Below, piece by piece: positions 39,892 through 54,500 of a stretch of 64,000 nucleotides of DNA. A model generated the notes under the pieces. It was given only the letters and a program-made list of their open reading frames with translations. It had not been told where the DNA came from and did no database searches. The position numbers and the translations under genes were made by a program. The DNA lies in NCBI RefSeq assembly GCF_009914755.1, contig NC_060939.1; one strand, given 5' to 3'. How positions within the stretch are numbered: position 1 is the first letter of the stretch; each line of letters begins with the position of its first letter. The DNA is from the human T2T-CHM13v2.0 reference genome, Homo sapiens.

Positions 39892-40242
39892 TGTATTAGT
39901 CCATTTTCACACTGCTGATAAAGACATACTCAAGACTGGGCAATTTACAAAAGAAAGAAGTTTATTGGACTCACAGTTTCATGTGACTGGAGAGGCCTCA
40001 AAATCATGGCGGAAAGTGAAAGGTACATCTCACATGGCAGCAGCCAAGAGAAGAAGAGCTTGTGCAGGGAAACTTCCATTTTAAAAACCATCAGATCTTG
40101 TGAGACATATTAACTAATAACAGCAAGGGAAAAACCCACCCCATGATTCAGTTAGCTCCCGGCGGGTCCCTCCCACAACATGTGGGAATTATAGGAGCTA
40201 CAAGATGAGATTTGGGTGGGGACACAGAGCCAAACCATATCA
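39892..40242 (-). mobile_element. THE1 (ERVL-MaLR) solo LTR
   Basis: tgtattagtccattttcacactgctgataaagacatac...gacacagagccaaaccatatca. 5-bp TSD ctggg / ctgtg. Confidence 0.92.
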
Positions 40243-40899
40243 CTGTGTAAAAGTTGAATAAAGTTATTTAGGAGCACATTGTATTGGGAGTTTGTTTGTT
40301 TGTTGAAGAGCCAAGTAAAGTCATTGGAAGCATGGGAAACTTTTTTCCCTGTCTAAAAGGAACTCCTTCCTAGTGGAAGTTGAAAGCTTTCTTGGCAGCC
40401 TCAGCCCCCACCCTACCTCCACCACCCCAGTGGGTACCTGCATCCTGAAGACCCTTCACAATAGCATCTGAACTATACTGGGCCTTCAAATGATGTCTTG
40501 GGTAAACCCATGTCCAACCTGCACTAAATGAAGATTATTTTCGAGCGAATGGATTGAAGAACAGTGCTGAAAAACTAGAATTTGTAATATTTTCATTTGA
40601 GCAGAGGTGAAATTTGAAATATTTTAGAATCTTGTCTTATGATTTTTTTTCTTTCTTTGCCACATAGCCCTCCCCTGGAAATTAAATCTGTGGATTACTA
40701 GTATATGAACTGATCAGAGACATGGCTTGGGGTCTCCCCATTTACCCACTTCCCAGCACGTTATAATCCACTGGACACCTCCAAGGATGAGAGACCAGCG
40801 GGTCATAATGCGAGACTGGACATCTCTCCTACCCCATGTACACTTCAGCTGAGCAGGCAGAATTAGCAGAGTCAGGACTAGAAGTTCAGTCTAGGGATC

Positions 40900-41160
40900 A
40901 AATAATAATAGTAGCTAATGTTTAAAGAGTACCTAAGATCCGCCAGGAGACATACTCAGTATAGTTCCGTGGTTTGCCACATTTCATCTTATACCAGTAG
41001 CACAGGTGAAATTTGTCTTATGTGTATACTGAGGAAAACAAGTCCCTCTGATACACAGCAGCCAATAAATGACAAAGCTGGGATAGAAACTTACTTCATT
41101 CTAACCCGAGAGTCCCTGTTCTTGCATGGGCACAGCCTGCCATCCCCATGCTCTGCCTCC
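40900..41160 (-). mobile_element. MIR SINE
   Basis: aataataatagtagctaatgtttaaagagtacct...tactgaggaaaacaagt...aaatgacaaagctgggat. Confidence 0.6.
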
Positions 41161-43704
41161 TAAGCAGAGGATGAACTTAAGCATCTTAAAATTTTAAACA
41201 TTGACTTTCCCTAAAACCAATTAAAAAAAAAAACAAGACAGACAGACATGACTTGTGCCCTTAAAAATGCAGCCAGGCTGGCATATAAATGGGCGTAGGC
41301 TGTTTCTAAATTTTTTGCTTTAAATTTTGCCAGCATAGCTTCTGGACTGGTAGTTTTGTTTGCTTTTTAATATATTTTTGACACTGTGTACAGAGGAATG
41401 CTACCTCGCGTCATCATGTCCTCCTCCCTGAAGGCAAGCCAAGGATGTCAAGGGGCCACTTCAGGGGATGTGCACCCTGAAGGTAAAGCTGCTCCAGTGG
41501 GAGGGGTTGGGGTAAATGACAATGTTAGCAGCTGGTAAATTTTTTTACATGGGATATCTCACAAGACTTATTGATGCATGTTATACGTAATAACCTGAGG
41601 CACATCAACATTTTCCACTTTTTCCTATTCTTTCTGTATTTTCACTGATACTTTTTTTCAAAAAAATCTCCAATAAGTTTAGGATCAGCTTCAAGATTTC
41701 TCTTTAGGTAAATAGATTTGTATTTTTGATGGCCATCCTAGTCCAGTGTAAAGATATGGACAAGAAACCCCACATAAAGGAAGCAAGATTGCTGGCTGCT
41801 TTCTCTAGGTAGCTTGAGTTGTATACTAATTTGTAGATTATTTCTCTTCATCGAAAAAACAAAACATTCTGCAGAGGGCAGTCATGTGTCCGCTGTGCCT
41901 CTGCTCCTGTGTGCACCATAAAACTTGAAAGTGAGCCAGAATTTGAAAATATCGGATTGGGATGTGATTTCTTTAAGCCTCTGGCTAATTTAATATAAAG
42001 TGTTTACACTTCATTTTTCTGGCAGTGGATTTTCTATGTAGGTGGTGGAAGATTTCCTGTAAGTTTTGCAAGTTCCAGGGCAAAGAGAGTTGCAATATGC
42101 AATATCTTTCTGTGGTCACACCAACAGAAAGGGCGATTTCTTAACCTGCTGCAGTTACCATGTGTGTAGGTGGATGCTGGCTATTACAGATGGTATCCTT
42201 TCAACCCTCAAAATTGTTGCAAGTTCACAGGTATGTTAATGAAAATGAATAAGTGGCATTTTTAGGAATTCCAAATACTGAGTCTTGGAAGTAGATAATC
42301 TTTTCCCTAAATGTATGCTCCGGTCAGAACTGCTGCCTACCACACCTCGTGGGTGAAACAGATATTTCGAGCATGACTGAGCTTATTAAGAGCCCTGCGG
42401 CGCTTCCTCTGCCGGGGGTTTAGAAATTTCAAAGGATGGGGGTTGAGGGAGGGAGGAGTTATGGGCATGTGATGTGGACAGGGCGGGCAGGAGGATGGAA
42501 GTAACAGGTCCAAAATGTATCTTTGGTGGCCCGGCAGAGCTCTTGCATGGGGTGAGAATGGTAATTTAGGAAGAGCAAGTCTTCCCATCTGTGAAGCAGA
42601 AGAAAAAAGTGGACTTAAGGAGAAGTTCGGGTGCTGTTTATTTAGATAGGAGTAAGGAGAGTGCAGTTGGGGAAAAGCACTTCAGAGGCTTTACTTAGAC
42701 TAGCAGAAGTCTGTTTGGCAGGGTGGGAAGCAAGTGCAGTTGGGAGAAAAACGTTTTCAATAGGCAGTTTCAGAATTGGAAATTGGAGGAGGGCAGTCCA
42801 TTTCAACATTTCCAACAGTATTAAAGAAAATTTGCGGGTTGTTTGTCAAAAGGGGTCATATGCTTTAAAGATTGAGAGATCTTTTCGGTGAAGTAGGGGA
42901 GCTGGGGACATCGTGATGTGACAAGAGCCGTGGGCTCAGAGGCTGGGGACCTGGGTGTTTAACCCAACTCTTGTGAGTGGTGTGGCTTTCATAGCTTTGG
43001 TTCTCTGGTCTTCACTTTATCTGCCAAGTGAAGACATTTGACTGGATGTCGTGATCTTGAGTTGCTTTCAGCTCCAGAATTCGAAGACCCCTTCCATTGG
43101 GCATTCATCTAATTTCAAAGATGCTCCCTGGCTCCAGCTCTGCAGTGAAGCAGAACAAACTGATACAGCCTAGCTTGGGGGTGGGGAGTCGGCCCTCCTT
43201 TTCCCCTCCCTTCCCAGGTCCTCTGGGTGATTGGGGGAAACTGAGAAGCCGTTCTCTTCTCCAGAGCACTCCATTTAACAAGCATTGCAGAGCCTGGCTC
43301 GTGCTGCAGTGAACAAATGCTGACTTCAGCCTTTACCCTGGGTTTCAGGTCACACTGATTGTTTGCAAAACATGTTCTTTTTTTGTCACTTGCCAGTACT
43401 TGTTCTCTGTGAGTAAAACACAAACACATCCTCAGGGATGTTGCACACCAGTTTGCAGCCTGCAGCTTCTGCCCTCTGGCCTGCCCAGGTCCTCGGCTCC
43501 GGGACGAGGATGCTCCGGGATTTCGGGAGACAGCAGTTGTTTTGACATGAATCTCAAAGTTCCTACAAAGCTTATTTCTTTGAAGAAGGCCAAAAAAAAA
43601 ATGAAACATTTTCAGATCTTTGTTTTCAGATTATTCAAGTCCAGAATGTTGGATAAGATTTTTGAAGAAGAGATTTATGCTTGAGATTCCTTTTAGTTTC
43701 TTTC

Positions 43705-43740
<36 letters not shown>

Positions 43741-45864
43741 AGGTGACTTGGCCAGTTTGGGTTTTTACGGTGTTCAGGGAAAGGGTTAAGAAGTTAATTT
43801 GGGAAGTACAGTCATGTGTTGTACAAGTTGCTGTCTACTGATCCCTTCATTGAGCAAGTAAACTTCACACATTCTCGTGTCTGCAAAGCATGTGGATGCA
43901 TGGGCAGTTATGTGTATGAACTTTTTTTTTTTTTGAGAATGGCTTTAGTGTTCAGACCAAGGATGGAATGAAAGATCACGTGTGCTTTCCACTGTAGAGC
44001 TGCCCTGCTTGTTTTGATTTTATAGTTATTCTAAGTGTTAAGTTCCTTCATCTTTCAAAGCAAATTCCTTTGATCCCTGAAAATCAGCTAATGTTTGGGA
44101 GGCAATTAAAAGATGAGGCTGTGGGGTTGGGGTGAAGGCTTCCCCAGCAGGAAGAGAGGAGAAGCCCACTGGATCTGGGAGCACGGTGCTAGGACTCTCT
44201 AAGCGTGACCTCCTTCAGTTTGGCCCAGAGTGGTCAGATAGTTTGCCGGGGCATAGGATGGATGACAGGCCTCATACGCATCACGTCTGAAGGGAAAGCC
44301 CTTGAATTTTCCACGCTACTTTTTAGTAACAGTAGGCTTTGTCATAATTGGCTTCATGTTCCAGCTTTCCTAAAACTGTAAGTGATGTTGGGTGGGCCAG
44401 CAGCAAAATAATTCACTTTACAATTTGCATGATAGTCTGGAATGAACCGAATACCTAAAACCAGGAAATAATAGTAGATATTTAATGGTTTGGGGATCAA
44501 ATAAGAATTTACTCCCAGATGTTTCCTAATTAATTGGAAAAAGCAGAAGGTTGCTGGAAGGCCATCTCCATTGGGCATTTACAGGTGAAATTCACTCTTC
44601 AACTAGGATTTTACTCATGGGATGCCTGTGTTCTTCATTTGAACCCAATTTTACCTATCATCTACAAAAAAAGAAAACTATTAAGAGTTAAAAAAAAAAA
44701 AAAAAGAGAGAGAGAGTCTTGAACTTTGAAATCCTTCATCCACGTTTTATAAAGTGTGGGGTCAGATTTTTTCCCTAGTTGAAATTGAGGAAATGAGAGT
44801 TGCCAATATGATTGGATTTGTACTGCCAAGATGGGGTTTTAGCACTTCTAATGCATTCTGGCAAGGCTGGTATACTTGTATCAAGTGCACAGCCCCACTA
44901 CCACCACCTCTACCACCCACAAAAATAAAAACTAGCAAAATAAAATATGAGCCAACAGAATTCTGTGGGAATGGCAAGTGTTTTGTTTTTGTTTTTAGTA
45001 GTAATCTTTGCGAGAACATTCCAAAGATGATAGTTTTACATTTGTATGTTTTTTTCCGAGGCACTTTTGAATCATCAGATAGATTAAATATAAGTTCCAT
45101 GTATTTTTGAAGGTGGGAGTGTTCTTTGGTACAGTTCCCCCAAAAAACTGGTTCTCATGAGGCTTATGTGGTAATTCTGTTAACGAGAATGTATGATTAT
45201 CTGGGATACTCTGTTCTGCTCTCCATCCTGGATAAGAGTTTACTTTGAAAGTCTAGTTGATCTTTTGTGATTTCTGCACAATGTAAAAGGTACTTTAACT
45301 TCAGGAGATAGGGCCAGCAATCAGATTTGATGATGGAAAAGAGTAGTGTAGCATTTAAGCATAATGTATACTCTATAATAAATGTTTACAAGTCCAAAAG
45401 TGTGCCATCAGAAAGTAACCAGATCAAAGGAGAGGTGACCAGAGAAGCTGGAAAGATAAGAAATAAACAAGTTTCAAGGTTACTGATCTGTAGCTGTTGC
45501 TGTCCATGCTTCTTGGCAGCTTTAATTATGACAGGGAGAGGGACCCAGAGGGAGAGAGAGAGACTGACTTACACATAAAGGCATTTTATCACAAAGCCAT
45601 CTAAAACAAAAGTGTTAAAGGCACAATGCTGTGTTTAAAAAGCATGTACTTCTTTAAGAGCTCAAATTTAAATATATAATACAAACTTAAGATCCAAGGA
45701 AGAAAATGGACCCAGGACACGAAGAGAAGTTAACGCCACAGGTAATGCAGATGGCCAAGAGATGTGTGAAAAAGATAATCCAGCCTCACCAACAGCCACA
45801 GAATTGAAATGAGATACCTGTTTCTGCTTCTGGCATTGGGAAAGAAAGAAAAATGGCACTAGCA

Positions 45865-45866
<2 letters not shown>

Positions 45867-45895
<29 letters not shown>
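45867..45895. repeat. Poly(T) tract
   Basis: Direct read. Confidence 0.9.
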
Positions 45896-47076
45896 CCCAA
45901 AAAATTTGCTACTCTTGAGGTTCTGTCAAAGAATGTGCTGTGGCCTCTAGAAGCATTTTTAAAAAGAGACTTTCACAAGTGATTGTGCAAAATTGTGAGG
46001 TCACTGAATAGGTGTGTATCCTCCTAAGGAGGTAGCGTTGGAGGAGCTGTTCTTGTTCAATTTACTCAGCACCTGTGAAGAGGCTTCACTGTGATTTGCC
46101 TGTACAGGTGTGCAGGTAAAAATCTAAGTTCCACAGGTAGTGCAAAAAAATCTACCTCCCTAGGTACCTCGTACATTTATCACAGTTTCCTGGTAAACAG
46201 TTCTGCTGTTGTTGACAAAATTTTATCAGAAACATTGCATACTCTTCTCTAAATAGTAGTTTCCCTACAAGTGGCTGTCTTCAGTTTAGTCGTTTAAGTT
46301 ATGTTGACATAAATGATTATGTGTGTGGCAGGGGCTTTTGCGTAGGTTGTTGAAACATTGCACCTTTTGGACTAACAGTTTTTACCAAAATAGGCAGAAG
46401 TGACATTTGCAGCCACAGCTGTGTGGCATTGAGCGTCTAAGGTATGTGTAATAGGCAGTGTATCGGTAGCATTGATACCTTGGTCAACACCAGTAAGCCA
46501 TGTAATTGCCCAGAAGTGGGCTCTAACACTAGTTTTAGGAGATGCAGCCAAAACGACAAAGCTGGAGGCCTCTCCCTCTGAGCTTGGCCTCCACTTGGTC
46601 AAAACAGTCCCCAGTTTGTCCCTACGGGACACAGGCCTGCCTTGTTAGGAAATCAGCAACATTTAGGAGCCCACAATACCTCACATAACTCTGTGTACAG
46701 TAACAGAGAATGGAAATAGGGCTGTAAGCATGAACAACCAGTCAAGTTACAAATATAGAATACTCTCTCAATTCCACTTTAGTTAGTCATGGAGGGACAG
46801 TGTGAGTTTTATAAACTTATAAGGAATATACAAACAGTTCCAAATTTAAAATAACTTGAAGTAACTTTTAAGTGTGTGAAAAGAATATTTTTTTCCACCC
46901 TGTCCATTTAAGCATCTGTGACAGGCAGTATTAAGTGATGGGTGTCTTTACGTACACATGCCTGTTGCTCACAGTACTGGGGAAGAGTTGCAAAATAGTC
47001 ACCCATTCTGCAGTGATTTCTCTCTTCTTATTTGTGAAAGACTCAAAAAAAAAAAAAAAAACAACAACAAAAAAAA

Positions 47077-47609
<533 letters not shown>

Positions 47610-48129
47610 TCAGAGTACACTAGAATATTTTTTAAAAGAATATTTTATAAAAATACAGTGATAGTAAAAGAAGTAGAAGGCCAAATTCCGCCCCCAGCCC
47701 CTTCTTAATATTGGACTTTATTCCTTTGCTTTTTTCCCTTGCTGCCATCTAAGGAGGCTTTCTGTGCTATAGCATCCAGTTCCTCTGCCAGGCATTTCTG
47801 TGAAGATGAGGCACCTTCCACTGTTTTATTCTCCATCATTAGAGCACGTGTCCTGCTGACTCGGAGCAGAGGGGAGGCACACGGGGGTGAACATTCCCTG
47901 ACAGATTGGATGTCTCTTAACTCTTTTTTCCTGGTATCAAAGAATGGCACAATTTAGTTGATTTGATAGCGTTACCAAATCGTTTTTCCTTTAGAATGAA
48001 TCTAGAATGCAGATAGATTCTGAGGTCCAGATGGGCCTCTCTCCACCAACCTGTGACCAGTGTACCTGTGATTTTATCACTGCACATTCATAGAAAGGTT
48101 ACAGGGCTAATCTTCCCGTGATATGAATC

Positions 48130-48525
48130 ATGAAAGTCAAAATTTATGAATGAAAATAAGAAGGAATGAAGTACTGATATATGCCACACCAGAGATAAAT
48201 ATTGAAAACATTACCTATGCTAAGTAAAAGAAGCCAGTCACAAAAGACACTACCTATTGTCTGATTCCATTCATGTAAAATATCCAGAATAGGCAAATCT
48301 ATAGCGACGAAAAGTGTAATAGTGATTGCCTGGGAAAGGGGCGTGGGAAGCATGGCTAACGGGTATTGGGTTTTTCTTTGGGGTGATGAAAATATTGTTA
48401 AGATTAATTGTGGTGGTGTTTGTACAACTCTCTAAATATACTAAAAGCTACCAAATTGTACACTCTAAATGGGTGAGTTATAGGGTATGTGAATTAGATC
48501 TCAATAAAGCTATTGTAAAAAATGT
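48130..48525 (+). mobile_element. L1M 3' UTR fragment
   Basis: aaggaatgaagtactgatatatgccaca...aaagaagccagtcacaaaagac...tccagaataggcaaatctatag...tctcaataaagct. Confidence 0.85.
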
Positions 48526-49071
48526 GTGAAGGAAGGGGAAGCATCCTATAACCTATACCATCCCAACAGCCCAGCTAGAGGACGATTCCTGAGCCTCCTT
48601 CTCAGCCTTTGTGTTAATTCTTTGCATTGATGACTTCTCTCTCTTTACCCTTACTAATTAGCTCTCAAAACCTCTATTTAATAATGATGCTATTTATAAC
48701 TTTCCTCCTTCTGGTTTCTTGCTTGCCCTTTTTGTGGTGTTTGCTTGTTTTTCTTTTTTCTCAATACTCTGCCCAGCGTTGCGTGTTGGTTCCGGAGACT
48801 TAAGTGATCCAGTGGGCACTGTCAGGCAATTATTTCTTTTGCTCATTAATTAAGTGTTCACAGATACATTCAGCAGCCAAACCTTGTGGCATGCCTTCTG
48901 TCCCAGACAGTGAGAATCTACTTGGAACTTGGATATTTCTGTGAGCCTTGATTATATACACCACCAAGGGGATGGCATAGAACTAAGTTTTTTCTTCTTC
49001 TCCACAACAGACTTTGTTCTTTAATTTCACAAGCTTGACATAGCCTATAAGACATCATAGTGGTACCATAG

Positions 49072-49137
49072 ACAGTTTTCCCTTGATGCCCATGGGGGAT
49101 TTGTTCTGGGACCTCCCACAGATACCAAAATCCACAG
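49072..49137 (+). mobile_element. MER2 (Tigger-type) terminal fragment
   Basis: cagttttcccttg...atgggggatttgttctgggacctcccacagataccaaaatccacag. Confidence 0.6.
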
Positions 49138-49632
49138 GTTTATCAGCAAGGGTCACTGCTCAATTGCAACAACTGAAGCAGAAGCTCCTCTCATCAGAGG
49201 CAGTTACTGCAGCATGTTCTGTAGGGCAAATATAACCATATGTAAGTGACTGTGCTATCAGGAGACAGAACAACAAGACCCAGAAAGACTCAGTGACCCA
49301 CAGAGCCAGTTCCACCCAAACAAGTCTTACTAATGAGATTAGATAATGAGAGTGTATTTTCTTCATCAATTCATGTAGCTCAGCAAGGCTGGAAACTGCT
49401 TGCACACTTCTGCAGAGAAAAAAAAAAGTTCCATTTGCTGGAACTCAATAAATAAAGAAGGCCTTAGTGGGTACGTGTTATCTCCTTAGCATCACCTGGA
49501 TGCCTGACCCTTTTCCAGAGTGTCATGTTGCCTGGGTTTTGTCCTTCAGTCTAAGTGATACACCTCTTAGTGTGGCGGAGAAAAGGGTGCTGTATTTCTT
49601 CCTGATGGATACATGCTTAAATGGAAAAGTAG

Positions 49633-50007
<375 letters not shown>

Positions 50008-50329
50008 TAGAAACATGCTGCAACCACATACCACCATAAACACGGTGGGGGAAGAGGCTGCAATCAACAGTCAGGAGGATCTGGGTTCCAAGCCCAGGTT
50101 TGCAGTGTAACAGCTGTGTGCTCTTGGCGCGAACATTTGGTCATGTACAAATGAGGATAATGATACTGCCCCCTTGTGATCATTAGGGGGATTAAATTAA
50201 ATGCAGAAATATATGTGAGATGCTTAATGTGTTGTAAGGCGCATGGAATATATTTAGTGAATATTAACTGTATATTAATACAAAGTCCTGTATTCAGAAT
50301 CTCCAGTATAAATTACATTTATATAGTAG

Positions 50330-50860
50330 AGATATGAATAGTTTTTGTGAACAAGAAGACCTGGAACTTCAGGTGACTAGAAGCTCAGAGTGAGCCAGCT
50401 ATGTTTGATGATAGTTATTCTTAAGATCACACAGAGAAACGGCAAGCAAGCTGCTTTGGGCAAAAAAGAGCATTTCTACACTGTTCAGACTGCCTCTGTA
50501 CTGTTAGAATAGGTCTAGGGCGTGTTGCGTGAGTGGTGACTGAGTAAGATGTTCAGAGGGAAGCCGTGACCGTCATCTTGGAATATTGTTTGAAAGTCTG
50601 ACCTGTACAAAGCAGCACTCACTTCCCCTGCGTGTCAGACACCTGCATGAGGGCTGGGGAGGGTCCAGTACAGGAAAGCGCATTTTTAATATGTGTATGG
50701 AGGAAGTTCGTCAAGATGGGTGCCATCTGGCAGTGGAGTAGCACTTCCTGGAAAGTAATGAGCTCCCTTGGACTTTGTTTGAAGAGTCACCCAGGTTTTT
50801 GTAAAGAAGTGTTTCAGATCAGTATGCAATGGATGACTGTAAATTTCTCTTCAGATCTAA
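50330..50860 (+). mobile_element. L3/CR1 remnant
   Basis: ctcagagtgagccagctatg, acactgttcagactgcctctg and gtaatgagctccc resemble CR1/L3 segments. Very diverged. Confidence 0.4.
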
Positions 50861-52778
50861 GAATCTGTGACTGGATGAAAGGGAGAAAGGACTGCATAAG
50901 TGCTTGTTGCTTGTAAACTGGGCCAGGTGGATGTCATGGCCCTAGGAGCTTCTTGCCTGCCTTTGCATGCCATAAAGCAGTCCTGCAACCCAGTGTCACC
51001 TCAGAGGGATGGGAATGTAGAAGAAGAGAGTGAATAGGGACAGTGATGAGGGGTGAAAATATGTAACTCCTTGCCCCTTCTGTATACCCTAGTACATTAG
51101 GAAGTTCACCCTTGTCTAGGCTTCCTGTTAGGAAGACAGCAGACTCAAAATGGAGTCTCAACCCCTTTCAAAGACTGCAAGATCTCCTTGTACACACTGG
51201 ACTTGGGAGAAAATGAGAGCTTTCAGGCCTGCTATCTTAACAGGTTCAGAAAGGTGTGGTCCAGCCCCCTGACTAACCAGCCCTGCTGTGCACACTGAGA
51301 ATTCTGCTCAGGTGTACCTTTCTGTGTGCTCCTGGGTGCACCCCCAAAGTGCTGGTTCTCTTGAAAACCTTTTTATTTAGGTTCAGACAGACAAACTGTG
51401 GTATCTTCCATTCTGACCATAAAGTGTTTCTTCTGGGTCTAACTACTATAGTGGGATATTTTCTCTAGAACAAGAGGTTGTTTCTTTTTGGCATTGAGAA
51501 ATGTTGCCGATGTGATTTTCTTTTGTGAACGTTTAAGACACAGCGCTTGCCACTTGAACTTTCTTTTGCCGTGCGTAGCTGATTCCACATAATGGCTGCA
51601 GCTCCAGGCAGAAACCTGTTTGGAAGTTGTTTTAAACTCTTCCTGGAATCTCTAGGCAGTGGCTCAGTGGGGTTTTTTTCCAACCATTCCTTAGGATGAC
51701 CAGAAGCTTGACAGAATCCTCTTGTCTTCATTTTGAGAAAATATGTCTTTACTGTGTGTATGTGCAGCATTTGGTTTTACCTCGTGGGTCTAAGCATTTT
51801 CAACTAAGCTTCCTTTTCCAACCTAGCAGACTTGTTTAAAGAACTTCAAACTAATAGCCAAGGTGTAATACGGTGGCTCTCTCAGCCTGAGAAGCCTGTG
51901 CTCACCGTCACTCTCTTCTTCCCTGGGGTGATAGGGATGGGGAGTAGTGTGTGTGAGAGGACAGAAGCGAGGATTGATTGAAGATTATTTTACGAGGCGA
52001 GAGCATGGTGGCACACCTGTCAGCTGAGTGGACTCAGCGCCTGCCCCGGCTAGGCTGTCCTCCTCCTGTGCCAGCCGTGGGTTCCCTGAGTCCCTCTGCA
52101 GTCATTCATGGGTGCTGAAAATAAAGATACCCTTTCTGTCGAAAGTGTTCGCCGGGCTGCCTCTGCCTCCCTGGAAAAGCAGCAGGGCACACAGGCTTCC
52201 TAGGCAGCCCCTGAGGGAGGGGCTCTTTTTATTGTCACTCTGGTTAGTTTGAAGACCAGACAGAAGGCAGCAAAAACCAACCCTTTGTTGAAAACTCTTT
52301 GCCTTTAGGCCCTTGGTACCATGTTCATGAGGCTCCAGATAATTCCACAAATACATTATTATTGTTACCTAGACTTGGGGACAGAGAAGGGTGAAACATG
52401 GGTCTGGGAATTCACAGATGAATATACTGTAATCCCCTCGAGCACATTTCTTTTAAAGGAATGGGGGTATTCTAAAGGAGTGAACACTCCACTGGGGGGC
52501 TGCTAGGCCCCTGTGAACGGTGGCAGCCTTGGCCACGGTGTGTGCTGTGATCTCTCCTGGGTCCCCCGGGCATCCTCAGACCTCCCCCACACCCAACCCA
52601 CAGTCCCTTCTCCATCCATCTGCTGACCACACCCCAGGATGTTTCCAGCTCAGATCACGCCTGATTGCATCCACACAAACTGCACGCCAGGCATTTCCGT
52701 TTGGATGTGTACACAAAAACAACACGTCCCAGACTGAGCTGATCTTTCTGTACCCCTCAAAAGAAAAGTTCTGTACCC

Positions 52779-53072
52779 GGCCAGGCCTGGTGGCTCACAC
52801 CTGTAATCCCAGCACTTTGGGAGGCCAAGGCAGGAGGATCACGAGGTCAGGAGATTGAGACCATCCTGGGTAACACGGTGAAACCCTGTCTCTGCTAAAA
52901 ATACAAAAAATTAGCTGGGCATGGTGGCGGGCGCCTGTAGTCCCAGCTACAGGAGAATGGCAAGAATCCGGAAGGCAAAGCTGGAGCTTGCAGTGAGCTG
53001 AGATTGAGCCACTGCACTCCAGCCTGGTGACAGAGTGACACTCCGTCTCAAAAAAAAAAAAAAAAAAAAAAA
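52779..53072 (+). mobile_element. AluY/AluSc-like SINE
   Basis: gagaccatcctgggtaacacgg, agaatggc and gagcttgcagtgagc. TSD ttctgtaccc at 52769 and 53077. Confidence 0.9.
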
Positions 53073-54185
53073 GAAATTCTGTACCCTTCCAGATGGTCCT
53101 GGACATATCTTGAATCTACCCTGCTTTTCCTCATCTGCACTGCTGTCCTCTTGATCTGGGCTACTGAGGCTAGAATGCACATCTGATCATGTGCCTCCTG
53201 CTTAAAATAGTATTTTTCCTCTTAAGAGTAGTCCAAACTCCTATTGCTGGATTAAAAGGCTGTTCCAGGCTCTCCCTACCTCAGGGCACACCATCTTTCC
53301 TCCCAGTCTCCCCTCCCCTCTGTCTCCAGTGCTTCCATCCTTCAGTCATGCTGAGGTTGTCTTTGTTACCTTTGCTTCTCTTGGCCCGCACTCTCTGTTG
53401 GCTCTGCCAGCATCCCTATGCACCTGCTAGCTCCTACTCACTTGTCCAGCTTTGGCCTGGAAGTCCCTTCCCCTGGCAGGCAGCCCTAAGCTACCCTTTG
53501 CTTGCTACTGGCTCATATTCTCACTGCTTGTCCTCAGGCTGTGAGCCCTGGGAGGGCTGGGCTGAGTCCCCGAACCTGCCACGTCTATAGGGTGTAACCT
53601 ACCTGAGGCCTGACTGCTAAAATCAAAAGAAGCCTTTCTCATTTGCTTAGCTGAGCTAAGTCCTTTCTGGAGAAGAATGCCCACGTCCTGGGTGGACTTC
53701 TGTTCGGCCTGGGGCAGGACGCTGCATGTCAGTTCACCTAGAGCCCCTCGCTTGCCCTCACCCCTCTCCCTTTCCTTCTCCTCCCCGTGTTGTCTCATGG
53801 TCAGTTCCTCTCCTGGCAAGGCAAGAGAATCATAAAATCTCTTTGGACCATGTGTCTCTCTGATGCACTTTGGAGGTTGAAGCTCACTTTCGTGAAGTTA
53901 GGAGCGGTTAATCCTCCTGCACGAGGATGCATGCCTGCTAGGGAAAGCCTCCCTGCGTTTATATGGAACAGTGGTGTGTACCTTAGGGCAACCCAGAAAC
54001 AGCTGAGATGGCCCTAAACTCTTCCGTATTTTGATTCAGAAGCTTTACCTTATTTGAACATCTGCAGAATAAGTTCTTTCCTTTAGAAATGATTGGGGAT
54101 AAAATTGTTTGCATTATGAAATATTGTATGGCCAGGTGGCCCCTCTTTCATGTTTTGTTCCTTGTGAAGAGGTTGAGTCTCCTAT

Positions 54186-54500
<315 letters not shown>

